Assembly (NCBI RefSeq): GCF_040938485.1
Contig: NW_027271249.1
Location: forward strand, 744,001 to 808,000
Length of the DNA: 64,000 nt
Direction of reading: 5' to 3'
Source: Diadema antillarum
Taxonomy: Eukaryota
The notes under the pieces are model-generated. The model was not told the DNA's origin, did not search any database, and saw nothing but the letters and a program-made list of their open reading frames with translations. This document shows, piece after piece, positions 49,206 to 63,091 of the stretch (within the stretch, counting starts at the first letter, position 1; every line of letters starts with the position of its first letter). A program made the position numbers and the translations under genes.

Positions 49206-50259
49206 ATGATTTTTATCGATTCAGATGGACTTGACAGATAAGATCGTCTCCCAGATGAAAAAAAAAATAGTAGGCGTGCACAATTATTGATGACGTCGTA
49301 TGATATGAAAGGAAAGTCTAGCGAGTTGTGAAAAGCATTGGTTAAAGGTTTGGAGAAAAAAATGGTTTATTACTGCCACTCTTGCAAGGGGCTAAGTCAT
49401 GTATTTTCTATCCAAAAACACAAATTACAAACGAAAAAGAAAACTGGCATCGGCCCCTGGGATTTGCGGATTGTTGCGGGGTAATCTGATATCACTGGAC
49501 ACACTACGGTGTAGTAGGATGTTTACCCTCTGACGCTTTGTCAGGCAATCTTATCACAAATTTTGAATTTTCGATTTGAACAAGAGGTTCTCCATGATAT
49601 TAACTTACATACTTTTGTGGGGTCAATGTCGTATTTTTAGTTCTGACGCGTGTCTGAAGTGGTGTTCGCGTGCTATACTGAATTTGGTTCGATTTTTGTG
49701 AAGTGCACTCTTCTAATTTTTGTGTTCGCACGCAAACGAGAGGTTCATGACACTATAGTTACTTCTGGTCACCTCCTGCTCTTGACTACGCAATTATAGG
49801 GGTGAAATACTTTTAAAGATACGAGACACCATTAAGCAAACCAGGCATAGAAAAAAAAAGCAACAGCAGCAACAATAAATTGCCAATAAAAAAGACGCCT
49901 TTCCATTTCTTTTCGATATCCCTTTGCCTTCATTGACGTATAGTGTATCCGTTGGATGTCCATGTATTACCAAAAAATTGAAGTTTGAACATTTGACTTG
50001 CTATCTATTTTTTTTCTCGCCAGTATGTTTAAATGCATTGCATAAATGGCGTCAGAGTTGAACTCACGCGGCTTACACCGACGCAAAACCGCAAAATTAT
50101 ACTACATGTACATGTACATTAAAAAAAACCAGAAACATGAACAGAAACTTGGCACAGCCTTACTAACACAGCGAACAGATGTCGTGACGGAGTGTTGTTG
50201 TTTTTTCTTCCTAAAAAATGAAATCAAATAGCCTTACTACACTTACTGAGTTAGACTCT

Positions 50260-52200
50260 TTATTATTATTCTTCAGATTTCTTTGTCTCCGTATTCAACC
50301 ATTATGATGTTGAGTGGTGTGGTTTCTTAATAGTATTGTAGCGAACAACGGGGCTTTGGTACTTATGCAGACCGAGCCGACCGTCCGTTTGATCGAAATA
50401 TACGACCACTCTATGATGAAGAGGATAAAACCTTAAGTTTCCCACCACTTGCACGTCAACCGTCTACACCTTGCACTTCACACCATCTGACTCAAAGGCA
50501 CATTCTCACTTTCACATCTAATTCACCCAACACACTGACAAGTGAATTTTCACTCTCACTCCCGACGTCGTTTCTAGAGTACGTCGTCCTCCGACGTTCG
50601 CCCTGGAAGTACGTCGTTTGTACTTTTCATTTCCAAAGTACTGTACTTCGTTCTCCGACGTCAGTTCTGGAAGTACGTCGGACGTGCTTGTCCTTTCCAA
50701 AGTACTGAACTTCGTTCTCCGACGTCCGTTCTGGAAGTACGTCGAATGTACAATGTACTTGTCCCTTCCAAAGTACTGAACTTCGTTCTCTGACGTCCGT
50801 CCAGATACTCAGTTATCCCACGGTGCAGCAAAGCCCGCTCGAGAATGCTCGCAAAGGCTGCTGGACGAGTTGTCTTCTACTGCAGAACCAGTGGTTCCAT
50901 CCTAGTCCCACCAGCATTCATTCCAATCAATACTTATATTATATTGAACATGAATGCATCACAACTTCAGAGGCGATGTACTGGAACACCAACTTGTTTA
51001 TTTACAGGTATTGTGTGTACATACTGACGTTCACAACTCGTACCGAGCACAAGATAGAGAGACAATGCTATTCTACAGCAATGGCAGCCACACTTGGGTG
51101 ATAGAAGCACTAGGGGTATCTTCATGTTATGGTGTTGTCGGAGGTCATGTGATGATGTCAAAAGTCATTTGAGGTCATATATTAAAGAATATGTGCAAGA
51201 CTCGGTTTTCTATGTTAAAGTTTACCTGCAAGATTCTCTTTTGACAAATAACTTGACATAAGTTGCTTGGATTACAACCTAGCTTGGGTCATAGATGCAC
51301 TGGGGGTACCTTCATGTTATGGTGCCGTTGGAGGTCACGGGATGAAGTCAAAGGTCATTTGAGGTCATACATTAAAGTTTACTTGCAAGACTTTCTTATC
51401 ACAAGTAACTCGACACATAATTATTGCTACAATGGCAATCAAACTTGGGTGGTGGATGCACTGGGGGTACCTTCATGTTATGGTGCCGTTGGAGGTCACA
51501 TGAATAAGGTCAAAGGTCATTTGAGGTCATACGTTAAAGTTTACTTGCAAGACTCTCTTATAACACGCAACTCAGCACATGTTGCTACAATGGCAATCAA
51601 ACTTGGGTGTGGTAGATGTCTCTTGGGAGTTGAAGGTAACCACAAGGTCAAAGGTCACAGACAGGGATCAACGAACTTTTAGGGCCCTATGTTAAGTTTT
51701 TAGGGCGCATTTCGTTTATGGTGCATAACTTTTGATCCCTTTGTCCGTTTGTGACCAAACTTGGATGGAAGATGTCCCTTGGGGAGGTGAAGGTCGTCAC
51801 AAGGTCAATGGTCACAGACAGGGGTCAACAAACTTTTAGGGCCCAATGTTATGTTTTTAGGACGCATTTTGATTGTGTGTGGCTCATAACTTTTGACCCC
51901 TATGTCCGTTTGTGACCAAACTTTGACGGTAGATGTCCCTTGGGGAGTTAAAGGTCATCACAAAGTCAAAGGTCACAGAAAGGGGTCAACAAATTTTAGG
52001 GCCCAATGTTAAGTTTATATGGCGCGTTTCGATTATGGCTCATTACTTTTGATCCCTTTGTCCGTTTGTGACCAAACTTGGATGGTAAATGTCCCTTTGA
52101 GTGTTGAAGGTCACCACAAGGTCGAAGGTCATAAGCAGGTCAATTAACTCCTGGGAATTATAAAAAATATTAATTCCTTGTACGCGAATGGGCGAGACAC
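50260..52200. mobile_element. Repeat element with ~160-bp tandem units rich in GGTCAAAGGTCA (possibly a non-autonomous Helentron/HINE-like element)
   Basis: Short ccgacgtc/gtacgtcg repeats at 50560-50810, three ~160-bp units at ~51080-51560, and four ~157-bp units at 51600, 51756, 51917 and 52073. Family assignment is by resemblance only. Confidence 0.55.
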
Positions 52201-52329
52201 AATTTGGCACTTGCCTTGTATTGGAGTTTCATCTTTATTTTGTCTTCACTTTGTCGTTATTTTGTCTTTACTTTATGTTTACTTTGTCTTTATAATTGTC
52301 AATGAACATGATCGGGGCTCATTGCAGTA

Positions 52330-52570
52330 TCTGGTGGAAGACCCAAGTGCTTGCATCACCGCCTGGCACCATGTCTTCATGCTGTTGATTAGCTTCGTGA
52401 TTCGCTGCTGAGGAATGACGTTCCACTCGTCAAGTAGTATCTAATCAGGGAGTCCTGCCGATGTCGTTGCATTTGTGACCCTCTTCCCCACAGCTCGGCC
52501 AAGTTGATCCCAAAGATGTTCTATGGGGTTGAGGTCGGGACTGCGCACAGGCCAGTCAATTCTAGTGATG

Positions 52571-52610
<40 letters not shown>

Positions 52611-52668
52611 AAAGTTGCACACAAGTCATGCTCTATGTGGTCTTGCGTTGTCATCTTTTTGAAGCATC
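52330..52668 (-). pseudogene. Tc1 transposase C-terminal remnant (DD34E region)
   Basis: The minus strand reads DDNARPHRA*...GITRIDWPVRSPDLNPIEHLWDQLGR, with stops and an internal (CT)n expansion at 52573-52606. Confidence 0.85.
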
Positions 52669-52856
52669 TCAGCTTCAATTTGCCCTATGGCGCGGGCTTT
52701 TTGAGCACACGTGGCATGATGTCAACCATAAAACTTGATGAGCTATCAAAATTGCCTGGCCTGGCACCACTGAAAATTTGAATGTGAAGTTAAGATGTCT
52801 ATTTAAATTTGCCTTCATGTCTGACCAGTGGAGAACTAAAGACATAACACAAATCA

Positions 52857-53092
52857 ACATAAGATACACTCGGTTTGCGGTTCGCCATGCATAGTCCTTA
52901 GAAGAACTGTTGGAATGACAGGAGAAAGATAGAAAGAAAGGTCGGATGAGAGGTGAGAAATTGAGTAAGAGTATTCTTTCTGGAGTGAGTGTAATCCTGA
53001 AAAGGACTGTGAACCAAGGAAAATAGAAGAGTTTAGGAAAGGACTCAACGTTTCGGACAGTTGACTGTCCGTCCTAAGGAGTGAGAGAAAGC
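52857..53092 (-). mobile_element. Penelope-like pLTR/UTR fragment A
   Basis: 236-bp inverted copy of 55913-56148 (about 7 differences by eye); carries the hammerhead motif. Confidence 0.7.
53043..53082 (-). ncRNA. Minimal type I hammerhead ribozyme with core mutation G5U
   Basis: ACTC-CTTAGGA-C-GGACAG-TCAA-CTGTCC-GAAA-CG-TT-GAGT. CUGA is changed to CUUA at 53076. Confidence 0.75.
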
Positions 53093-55912
53093 AGGAGATG
53101 CGGCGGGGTTGAGTAGGCGGGATGCGGACGTGAGTGAAGCTTTTGTATTATTTTCCCACATTTACAATTTTCTCCTATATACAATAACTACTACGCTTAA
53201 CTAGATAACAAGGAGCCGGCCAGCCATTCTGGATATGACATATATGCTACTCCTTTCTCCCTTGTATTATATTCCCTTATATACAATTTTCTCCTTTATA
53301 CAATAACGATTATATTGAATACCATTGCACCGATGGCACGTTCGCCAACGTTAAATCATCATACATGCTAAATATTATATTTGTTAATTATGTCACTATT
53401 ATCTAACAGATAACAAGGAGCTGACTCCTTAACATATCACAAGGTAAGAAATATTTATATTTTCTCTTTATATATCTATATACATGTATATAGGTTACGT
53501 AAATGTCACACAAAATTATATGTTCATATGGAATATATATGTAAATAGTTAAGGTGTTGTTTTGTTTTGCTATTTTCTATGCTTTGTTCTGAAGAAAAAA
53601 TGAATAAAATGAAGAACATTTTATCATTTTGAAAACCTTAAATGTAAAAATTCGGTCATGATAACGTATAAGTGTTTTCTGTCCATTATTCCCAACGCCT
53701 TCTCTCTTTCTTACGAACTTTCCCCTCTTTTTCACCCTTTCACCCCCACCCTTCCCCTTTACACTTTATCCTTTTCTCTCCTTTTTCCTCCCACCATATT
53801 ATAATATAACTGTGGTGATAAACAGATAATGATTGTGTATTAAGACGACTGTGTTTACATCTGCTTCTTTTATAAGCAGGAGGCACTCATTTCTCTATCA
53901 GTAAGACGGGAAATCACTGGCAGACCTATCACCAACTCGGGGGCCATCCCACACCGAGCATATAGCGATCTCCATCCTCTACTGGCACCTGTCAACTGCT
54001 CATCCTACCCGATTTTTTTTTTTATACGTGTATGACGCATCGGATCTCTCCAATAGCCTCCAATCTTAAACAGCCGGGGTCACCAAATAAGCTTGGAGAG
54101 GCTCGATCCGCCTTCACTATCGATGCAATACTATTCTATATGTTTTCTCTGCCATATATATGGTACTATATATAATAGTGATTTCATATCGCCACTTTGC
54201 TATGCAAGAGCATGTTGTTCAATAATTTTACAGCCCTTTGGGCACATTATACAATTATGACACTATTTCATAGACAAGAGTGCGACTGACCTGAAATTTG
54301 TAACTCAAAACTAAATTTTAAACAGGAGCTCTTGATTCTTTCTGGTGACCCCCTTTCTGGACTCAATTATTTTACATTGTTAGGCTTGAAGCCTGCCTTC
54401 TACAACCGCACACTTGTCCCATTAAGAATGCTGTTTCTAACTTTGTTTCCAATATTTATATGATTATAATTATATTATCATCTTTGAATATTACATATAT
54501 GCATGGAGCTCCATGATATAAGCATGAGGTATTAATAGGTTATAGGAACAAGTGCTGTATTGCACTAAAGTTTCTTTTTTCCATATGTATATCTGTTCCA
54601 AGTTTATGAACTCATACAAATATTGATTATTCAGATTTTTTTTATAATTGCCACAAATATTAAGACATTTCGCAGAATTTGAAAACGTTGAACTTAGTCC
54701 AGTATCACGAGCCGCTCCCAGCATTTTATGAAATCCGAGGTCAACCAACAAGCTGAGAGCGGTTCGAAATGTTATAACTGGCAGTTGGTGTATTATATGC
54801 ATTTATTTCATACCCATCAGACATTGTAATGTTTTTCTTGATGGGTTGGTCATTACATATTCTTACAGGCGAGCGAGACCTGTTACAAATTACCAAAATG
54901 GTAATTAGACAGAATTGCGACTGTCCCAAATTTGTTAAATATGTATCAAATTTATACGAGTACTTACTCCATGGTTGACCCACTTCTGGTCTTTATTTTT
55001 TCAGTAGTCACCGGCTTGAGGCCCTTTTTATCATAGTCGCACTTCTGTCTGCAACTTAATGTTAATTATTATAAGAAGGCGAAACCAAAAACATATGTTT
55101 GTGTGGACGTGATATAGAGAGGTATTATGAATAGGCACTATTTTATGTTATGTACATGTATATACATTAGTTTATATAAGAATATAAATCGGTATATACA
55201 TACATATACAGGCGTCTACATTATGGTATATAATATGTATTTAAAAGATTGTTAAGAATTGAATGAATTATAGGAATAATAGGTTATCTTAAAATATATA
55301 TGCATATATACTCATTAAAGACAGGCTATATGTACATATTTTTTGGTAATGTTACCAGAATATAGATAAGAAAGTTAAATACAAGAAGAGTTATGATTAT
55401 TTAGAATAATGTATTATGCAACAGTGGGAATACAGGCGTCCCATAGGTGACAGTTTTGGTGCCTTATAAAATAAACACAGAAATATTTGGAGTTTTGAAT
55501 TTATATCATTACGCATTTGTAAAATGCAAACTATATACACGGTTGTATATACATCATTATGAATTTATATAATATGCGCAATGATATGGTATATCATTAC
55601 GTAAACCCACGTATGAACCCATACTTGGCCGGGGAGCCTCGGCAGTTTTATATATACATGTATATCATTATACAATATCAATTAATGCTTTATAAACCCA
55701 CATGTATACTACTACAAATACTATAGAATAAACCAATTTAAATTGCTAGGAATTCATGAACTCAATACATATCGCTACGTCCGTCATTTCACCTAACAAA
55801 CCACCCATCCTCATTAGCAACTTATGATTTTATATGAAGAATACGCACATTGTGGGGAAAATTATGAATAGATAGGTCCCCATTGAATACAACAATAGAG
55901 TAGAATAGAATA

Positions 55913-56148
55913 GCTTTCTCTCACTCCTGAGGACGGACAGTCAACTGTCCGAAACGTTGAGTCCTTTCCTAAACTCTTCTGTTTTCCTTGGTTCATAGTC
56001 CTTTTCAGGACTACACTCACTCCAGAAAGAATACTCTTACTCAATTTCTCACCACTCATCCGACCTTTCTTTCTATCTTTCTCCTGTCATTCCAACAGTC
56101 CTTCTAAGGACTATGCATGGTGAACCGCAAACCGAGTGTATCTTATGT
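55913..56148 (+). mobile_element. Penelope-like pLTR/UTR fragment B
   Basis: Inverted copy of 52857-53092, preceded by (TAGAA)n. Confidence 0.7.
55923..55962 (+). ncRNA. Minimal type I hammerhead ribozyme with intact core
   Basis: Stem I ACTC/GAGT, core CTGAGGA, 6-bp stem II GGACAG/CTGTCC with a TCAA loop, GAAA, and a palindromic ACGT in place of helix III. Predicted cleavage after 55958. Confidence 0.82.
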
Positions 56149-57474
56149 ACTACACCATGCAAACACCTTCCTTCAAAAATCAACAAAAGAACATGTTCTC
56201 TATTTACTCTTCACGACCATCCTCATTCATAAGGACCGTTCTTGTTCATTTTGCAGCTTTTCAATGCAGACCTTATCAGACACTTTTGAGTACAGCCTTT
56301 TACTTGATAGCATAATCATAATGAGTAGGATATCATTTCAAACAGAATTTAATAATCTTTCTGTTGATATCAAGCATGTATTGTATAGTGCTTACAAACT
56401 GGAGAAATTTACAACTGAAGTCTGATTTCCAAATTTTTTGAGGGGTTTATATTATGTATATCATAATTTGCGTATATCTTTAAATATGTATCTGTGTATG
56501 TATGTGTGAGAGTGTGCCCGCGCGGGTATGGTGTATTCGAGAAAAGTGAATATTGACGATCTACCATATTGATGACAGCAAATTGCACCTTAACCTCCTG
56601 ATGATCGAACGAGCAAAATGTAAAAGAAGAGATGTGATGATCTAACTGTCCGAACCATTCTTCTTTCATATTCCTCCATCATTCATTCGACCATTCTTTT
56701 TACATTCACACACTATCTTTAAGGGCATTATGCATCGACTGATAGAGAAATGACTGAATTTTCCATCAACATGATCAATGACAAAATCTATACCAGAGCT
56801 CGATAGCAATTATCAACGTCTTAACAACGCATAATTATCATGAATACATACAAGAAGTATATACACGCTTTTTGAGTTATGGGAAGTTAATGTGCTTTAT
56901 TGATACACTGAAATTGGATGATAACAGTTCAGCATGATCAACGACATTGGTATTCTGAAAACATTTGTCATTTTTCTTCAAGTTGATCTACTTGATGCGT
57001 TACGTTTCTGTGATGCCTGACAACCTATTGCTCGATTTTTTTTTTCAATGAATATTGCATGCTCTTCTGTAATTACTCTGAAACGTAGATCACTACGATT
57101 TGCGTAGATCCCTTTGATATGGATATCAGTCTATTTTAGTTCTATCAGAGCACACTCAAGAAACATGAACCCCTAAAACAAGCGCAGAGAAACATGATGA
57201 AATTAAACAAGAGGATATGATATTTGTATGTGTAACATAAATGCCAACCTATACCTCAGGTAAGTTAATTGAACTCTTTCATTACTATACCCTGGTCTTC
57301 CAAAATAAGTCTATGCGTTTGACCGTCAGACAAAATGTAATTTCAAGAAAGAGAATTTTTCGGTTACCCAATCTTGAAATTGAGCCCAACATAGGTGCCA
57401 AGACGGCATGACAACATAACGTGTGAACGTGTAATCAATGCACATGTGTTTGGATCCATAACTCTTTAGGTGGC

Positions 57475-60083
57475 CTACTCCGTGGGCAACTTGCACATGA
57501 AGTGGTTGACGAGGGCAGAATCGCAGGGCAAGTCGTTCCATCTCGGGTCGTTGCTCTCGAGCTGCATGTGGACGCAGTCCTCGACGCCGCCCCAGTTGTC
57601 GGGCTGGTTGGCTCTCCATGAGACGAAGTCAAGGGGCGTACCATCAGTCCACACCATGTCGCCCTCGCTGGCGACGTCACTCAGTCCCAGCCACAGCATA
57701 GCATTGCCCTGCAGTAAATACAACACTAGCCATGCTGTACTCTTCAATAATTACCTGATTACGGTTTTATTATGAGTACCAGTGGCGGATGAGGGGGGGG
57801 GGGGGGGTACCGGGCGCCCACTTTTTTTTTTGTCAAAACAAAAGAAATAAAAGGAAAAAATGGATGGGAGCGCGTGCGCCCCTTCCCCCTTTATTTCTTA
57901 AAACCCCCTCCCCCCCCCCCCTTTACGGAATTCCTTGATCAGCCCCTGAGTAGGTGAGGTGGTTATTGACGAGTATGTTTTTTTCCAAAAAAAAAAATCC
58001 CATTTCCTGAGTTGTTTTTTTTACACGCCATTGTTTTGTCCCTGAAAATTATTTTCTTTTATATAATATATTTCATCTTCCTCGTGTCTTTGTGTCTATG
58101 TTGGAATCACAAAAATTGTGTAAATCCTTTCATGAAGGAACATTTTGTTGCAGTGTAATTGTTGTAATTGTCATTTTTATTGAAAATTATTTTATTCATT
58201 TTGTGTCATTGTTGTGTTGCTTTGTCATGGAAGAACATTTTGCAAAGATACGAAGTTTCGGCACTCAGTTGCGTTCACAAAGGAGCCTCTACACTTTTTT
58301 TTATCGCATTTAATATCATAAAAAAGAATAATCCCCTTTAAAAAAAGTTAACGTCCACCACCATCCTTCGCACAAAATTAAAACAATGTTGAATTAACGA
58401 ACGTAAAGTGACAAATTAGGGAGTCTCCTCAAACCGCAAATAAGATGGTATTTTGTTCTTGAACTTGTTTCATTAATTCTTAAATTACTAAATTAAAAGA
58501 ATGAAATACAAATATTCTGTTTATTTAATCATCTTTGTGTCCTTACTCCCTATGTCACTTGAATTCTGAGTTGACAAAAAATTCTAAATTTTCCCACTTC
58601 AATTTTCTTTCAGGTTATAGAGAGATAGAAAGAACGGAAACGTATTTTTGCTATTTCATTCATATCTCATTGATGTCTCATCTCATTCATGTTATTATCA
58701 TTCCCTTGATGGGCATTTCCAAATTAAAGACAACGTGATAATTTTGGCAATTTTTACTTTTGTGCATTGGAGGATAAAAACAATGTGCTCAGTCATGCGT
58801 AAAGTTTCCAGTTATATTGACTTACTAGATTGATAGCCAATATCTTTATTACGGTACAGAATACATTGGTTTTCATGAAAATCTTCTATAAGAAGTCTTT
58901 TGAAAAATATAAAGTGTTTACTTTCTTTTTTACTGAGTATTTGTATCTCAATGAGAATGTATGAGTTACCTTTCTCTCCCCCTCCTCATTTTTTTTTTTT
59001 ATTCTGGAGATGTTCAATACTTTTTTTATCGACAGAAAGGATCATTTTGCGTAAATAATTGCATTTTTCGTAAAGTCATCAACTTTACAAGTCGTTACTC
59101 ACAAGAATTGCAATGTCTCATTCTACATGAATTATTTAATGTAGAAATTCCCAAAATTTAAAAAAGTACATTCTTTTTATTTTTTTTTTTTTGGTAAAAC
59201 TGCTCAGTTTTTTTTCTTTGTACATCAAAAAAAAAAACAACAAACCGAATACGGTTCTCATGGAGAACTGCATACGTTGCAAAAGTCTCTATAGATGGCA
59301 GTGGCATGTAATAGGAGGGAATACCCCTCTCTGCAAATTATTCCTGCTTGTAATGTACGTCCCCGCTATATTCTGTCGACATCTATCTTATCCCTTCTCA
59401 ACGAAACAGACAATTTTACATGTCCTAAGAAGACTTAATAGGAACTGAAAATACTGAAAAAGACAAGTTATACTATAATTCATATGATATAATGTTTTCT
59501 ATGTACAAATATGAATATAAAAATGTCTTAGATGTTTTAGATTTACATAGATAAACAAAATCATGACAAAGATTTCACTTAGTGCTATCAGCTTTTTCGA
59601 CATGCGCCTTTTTATCCCCCCCCCCGACTGAATTTCATTCATTTCATTTATTTCACTTCCAACAATGAGATACATTTACATACACAAAATAACACAATAT
59701 TATTATCAGAACAATGTAGTAAGGAAGAAAAGAACACATGAAATTAACATTACAAAATACGTGAAATATCCAAAACAACCATAGATTCTACAACTGATCA
59801 GAACAAAACAAAAATGAGCAAATATTAGTTCCTCCAGCCTTGCTCTCAAATGATATCTAATTGATTTCACGGACGAGAACACGTTTTTAGAGATCTGTAC
59901 AGCTGTATTTCTTTTACCTCCTGTTGGGTAGCAGCCCTGTAATGTTCGAAGACAAACTCCTGCTCGGCATCCGAGTGAATCGATGCGAGATGACCGATAT
60001 CCACACAGTTCCCTCCGTGAGACACGGTGAAAGTGTTGCACCGTTCCTCGGCCCCTTGCCATGAGAGGCTCTCTGCGACATGC
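57475..60083 (-). CDS. C-type lectin copy 2, exons 2 (60083-59918) and 3 (57708-57475); exon 1 not found in the window
   Basis: Near-identical to copy 1, with QPD/WND retained and canonical CAG/GT boundaries. Block homology to copy 1 runs ~56510-61572 versus ~43480-48530. Confidence 0.88.
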
Positions 60084-62202
60084 CTGTAGAGATACAATTT
60101 GTATTTCATAAGTTTTACCGTTATCAAAATAATGCCAACATGAAAGAACTACACATTCATAAACACTGACGTCATAAATAGTTTCAATTTGTCAGAGTCT
60201 GTCACCAATCATTACCAATAGCTAGAAGTTCAAAGTTACGGAAGTAGATTAATTCGGTAAACTGGCCGGATTTTAATACTTGGACGCCACTCGAGGAACA
60301 GCTGCACAACAACGTTTTTATTCCAAAATTAAGATTTTAGATTTTAACATTCCTTTGGAATTGAAATGTATTGCCCGTATTCAAATCAGATGAGATTGAA
60401 AGAGGTGCATCAGATCTTGTGTATGCGTTCTTTCTTCTTTTTTTTTTTCTTTTTTTTTTTGGGGGGGGGAGGGGGTTATGTGGCTTCAAGGTGCTATCGA
60501 TTTTTTTTTTCAACTTACCAGGAGGAATCAAAATCTACATTGATAAGACATTACATTAGTTCATGTGTGTCAAACATTTCACATAGCGTTGTTTTTCACG
60601 CAAGGGTGACAAAATCGTCATTTTCATCACATGCTTACATGCACTTACACAAATAACGCTCACCAGTTACTCAAATGAGTTTTGTTAATTTTAATATATT
60701 TGTATCTATAGTCCTCATGTAAACTACTATTTTTCCCTTTTAATTCTGAAGAGGGACTTCCAGTTTGTAAGCCTTTGACTACAGTTTTCGGAAAGTGATT
60801 AGGCACTACGAGTATACGCTGATGCTGATCAATTTGGTAACAAAGATTCCAGTTAGTAATTTTCGTCACTTACAATGATAATGTTATTTTTTTTGTCTTT
60901 GCTGCTGTAACCTAATGTAAGGTAAGTAATTAAATCAATTCCGCTGAAATGTGATTAATTTAGTGAAAGAGGTTGATCATGTAATTTAAAAATAACAAAC
61001 AAATAATACAATTCGTGGTTTCTAAGTTTTTCATTTCTGCCATTGTACATGTCATTAATCGCCTATAAATTTATTGTGTGATGGTTCAAATGAAGTCGTA
61101 AACCTACAACAAATTGTATGGAAGTGTCAACAGAAAAATACGATGATCTAGATAATTTTGTTAACAATATCAAGACTATACTTTTCACTTTGTTACATCC
61201 CCAGTTAACAATTTCTTCAGTGTTTCAAACACATAACTCTCCCATGGGAATTTGGCCTGACGTTTGAGTGAATTAATTGCCCTTGTGAAAAAAGTAATGT
61301 TTCCAAAACAACGATGAAACTTTTTTTTTCCCGGAGGGGGGGTCAAATTCAAATGTCCGTCGACAACCGAGAGAAGTGTAGATATGCAATTATTTCTAAC
61401 CGTCCGTGGAAAAAAAAATCATTATATTTCAAACTCCATTGGACCCTCAAATACATGCCCTTGGGAGGCAATCTGTCCTGAACATGGAACATATGCTTTG
61501 CTTTCGAGATCTACAAATTCAAAATGACGTCATTTCCAATTATTGAGAGCAGTCTTCGCATAATCCATAATAGGTTTTCCCTCCTAATTTCATCAGATTT
61601 GCATTCGGATTAACGAGAAGGAGTTCAATGTCAAGCAATTTTCGTCAATGCTTTGCTCTCACGGTTTATTTTAATTCTCTGATCATTCAAATTCGTTTCA
61701 TGTCATTCCTTTTAGATTCTATTTCATTCAATTTAGAGGGAAATTTATTCAATTTAACGACGCAAAGTGGCATTCAATTTAGCGTCAGGTGGATATACGT
61801 TCAATTTCGTCCCAAGTACGAATATCAATTTCATTTACAGGAACACAACTTCGAATTTTAAGCATTCAAAGTCAGTCAACATAAACAAGTTCTGTTGTAA
61901 GTGATTCATACCGCATTTATGCACGTCAAATTCTCATTTTCATTGTTAAAATAATTTGATCATAAAATGTCATCTTCATTTCATCTTTATATCGGTGTAT
62001 TTAATCAGTTGATTTCAGTCATACATGTATTTTACGTTACTCTTTTTGCCCAATCTTTCTTCCAATTTCACTTTATTCATAACATATGGTTGTAACACTT
62101 GCGAAATGGTCATATCTCTCAAATTTTTAAACGTCCAGATGCATTATGTACATTTTGTAAGCCAGCCCTTGGTCGAATTTTTACCTGCCTCGTATCTATA
62201 TA

Positions 62203-62492
62203 CTCTCTAAAAAAAATCGAGTGAAAAATTTCACTCTAAAAAGAGTGAATACAAAAAAGAGTGAATTTCGAGTGAAATTGGAGTGAATTTTGAGTGAAAA
62301 TGCTCATTTTCACTCATTTTGGAGTGACGTCAGGGATCACTCGAAGATTTTGGGGTGATCCCTGACGTCACTCCAAAATGAGTGAAAATGAGCATTTTCA
62401 CTCAAAATTCAGTCCAATTTCACTCGAAATTCACTCTTTTTTGTATTCACTCTTTTTAGAGTGAAAATTTTAACTCGATTTTTTTTAGAGAG
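62203..62492. mobile_element. Near-perfect ~290-bp palindromic MITE, copy 1, flanked by TA
   Basis: TA|ctctctaaaaaaaatcgagtgaa at one end and ctcgattttttttagagag|TA at the other. The arms pair up to a ~14-nt central loop. Confidence 0.85.
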
Positions 62493-63091
62493 TAGGTTTT
62501 CCCGCCCAATTTCATCAGATTTGCGTTCAAATTTAGTGAAAAGGCGTTAAAATTCGAGCGATTTTGGTCACGGCTCTACTCTCGCTGTTCATTTTAATTC
62601 TTTGAGTATTCAATTTAATTTCATGTCATTCCTTTTAGATTGTATTTCATTCAATTTAGAGAGAAATTCATTCAATTTAACGACTCAAAGTTGGCATTCA
62701 ATTTCGCGCAGCTGGATAGACGTTCAAAATCGTGCCAAATATCAGTTTCAATTTCATTTATAGGAACACAACTTCGCACTCCGAACGTTCGAATTCAATC
62801 AACATACACAACTTGTACGAGCCTTTTTTTCACTGTCGTACGATTTGATGATACAATCTTATTTTCTTTTCAAAGTCTTATTTGATTATCTTAATTGTAT
62901 TGGATGTATTTCTTTTCTGTCGACCTTCCTGTCGCTTTCAATTCACCCCTAACAGTAAGGATGTAACATTTAGGAAATAGCCATGTCCCAGAATAATCTT
63001 AGGGGTCCTATAAGTCCAAATCCATATTGATCCATTTTGTTTCCATTCCAATCGGATCAGCTGTAGATAGATCAATTTTACCAAAGGGTTA

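Noticed and set aside
61575-61600. CTGATGA...GAAA on the minus strand (also ~62495-62520) as further hammerheads
   Set aside because: No pairable stem II or stem I.
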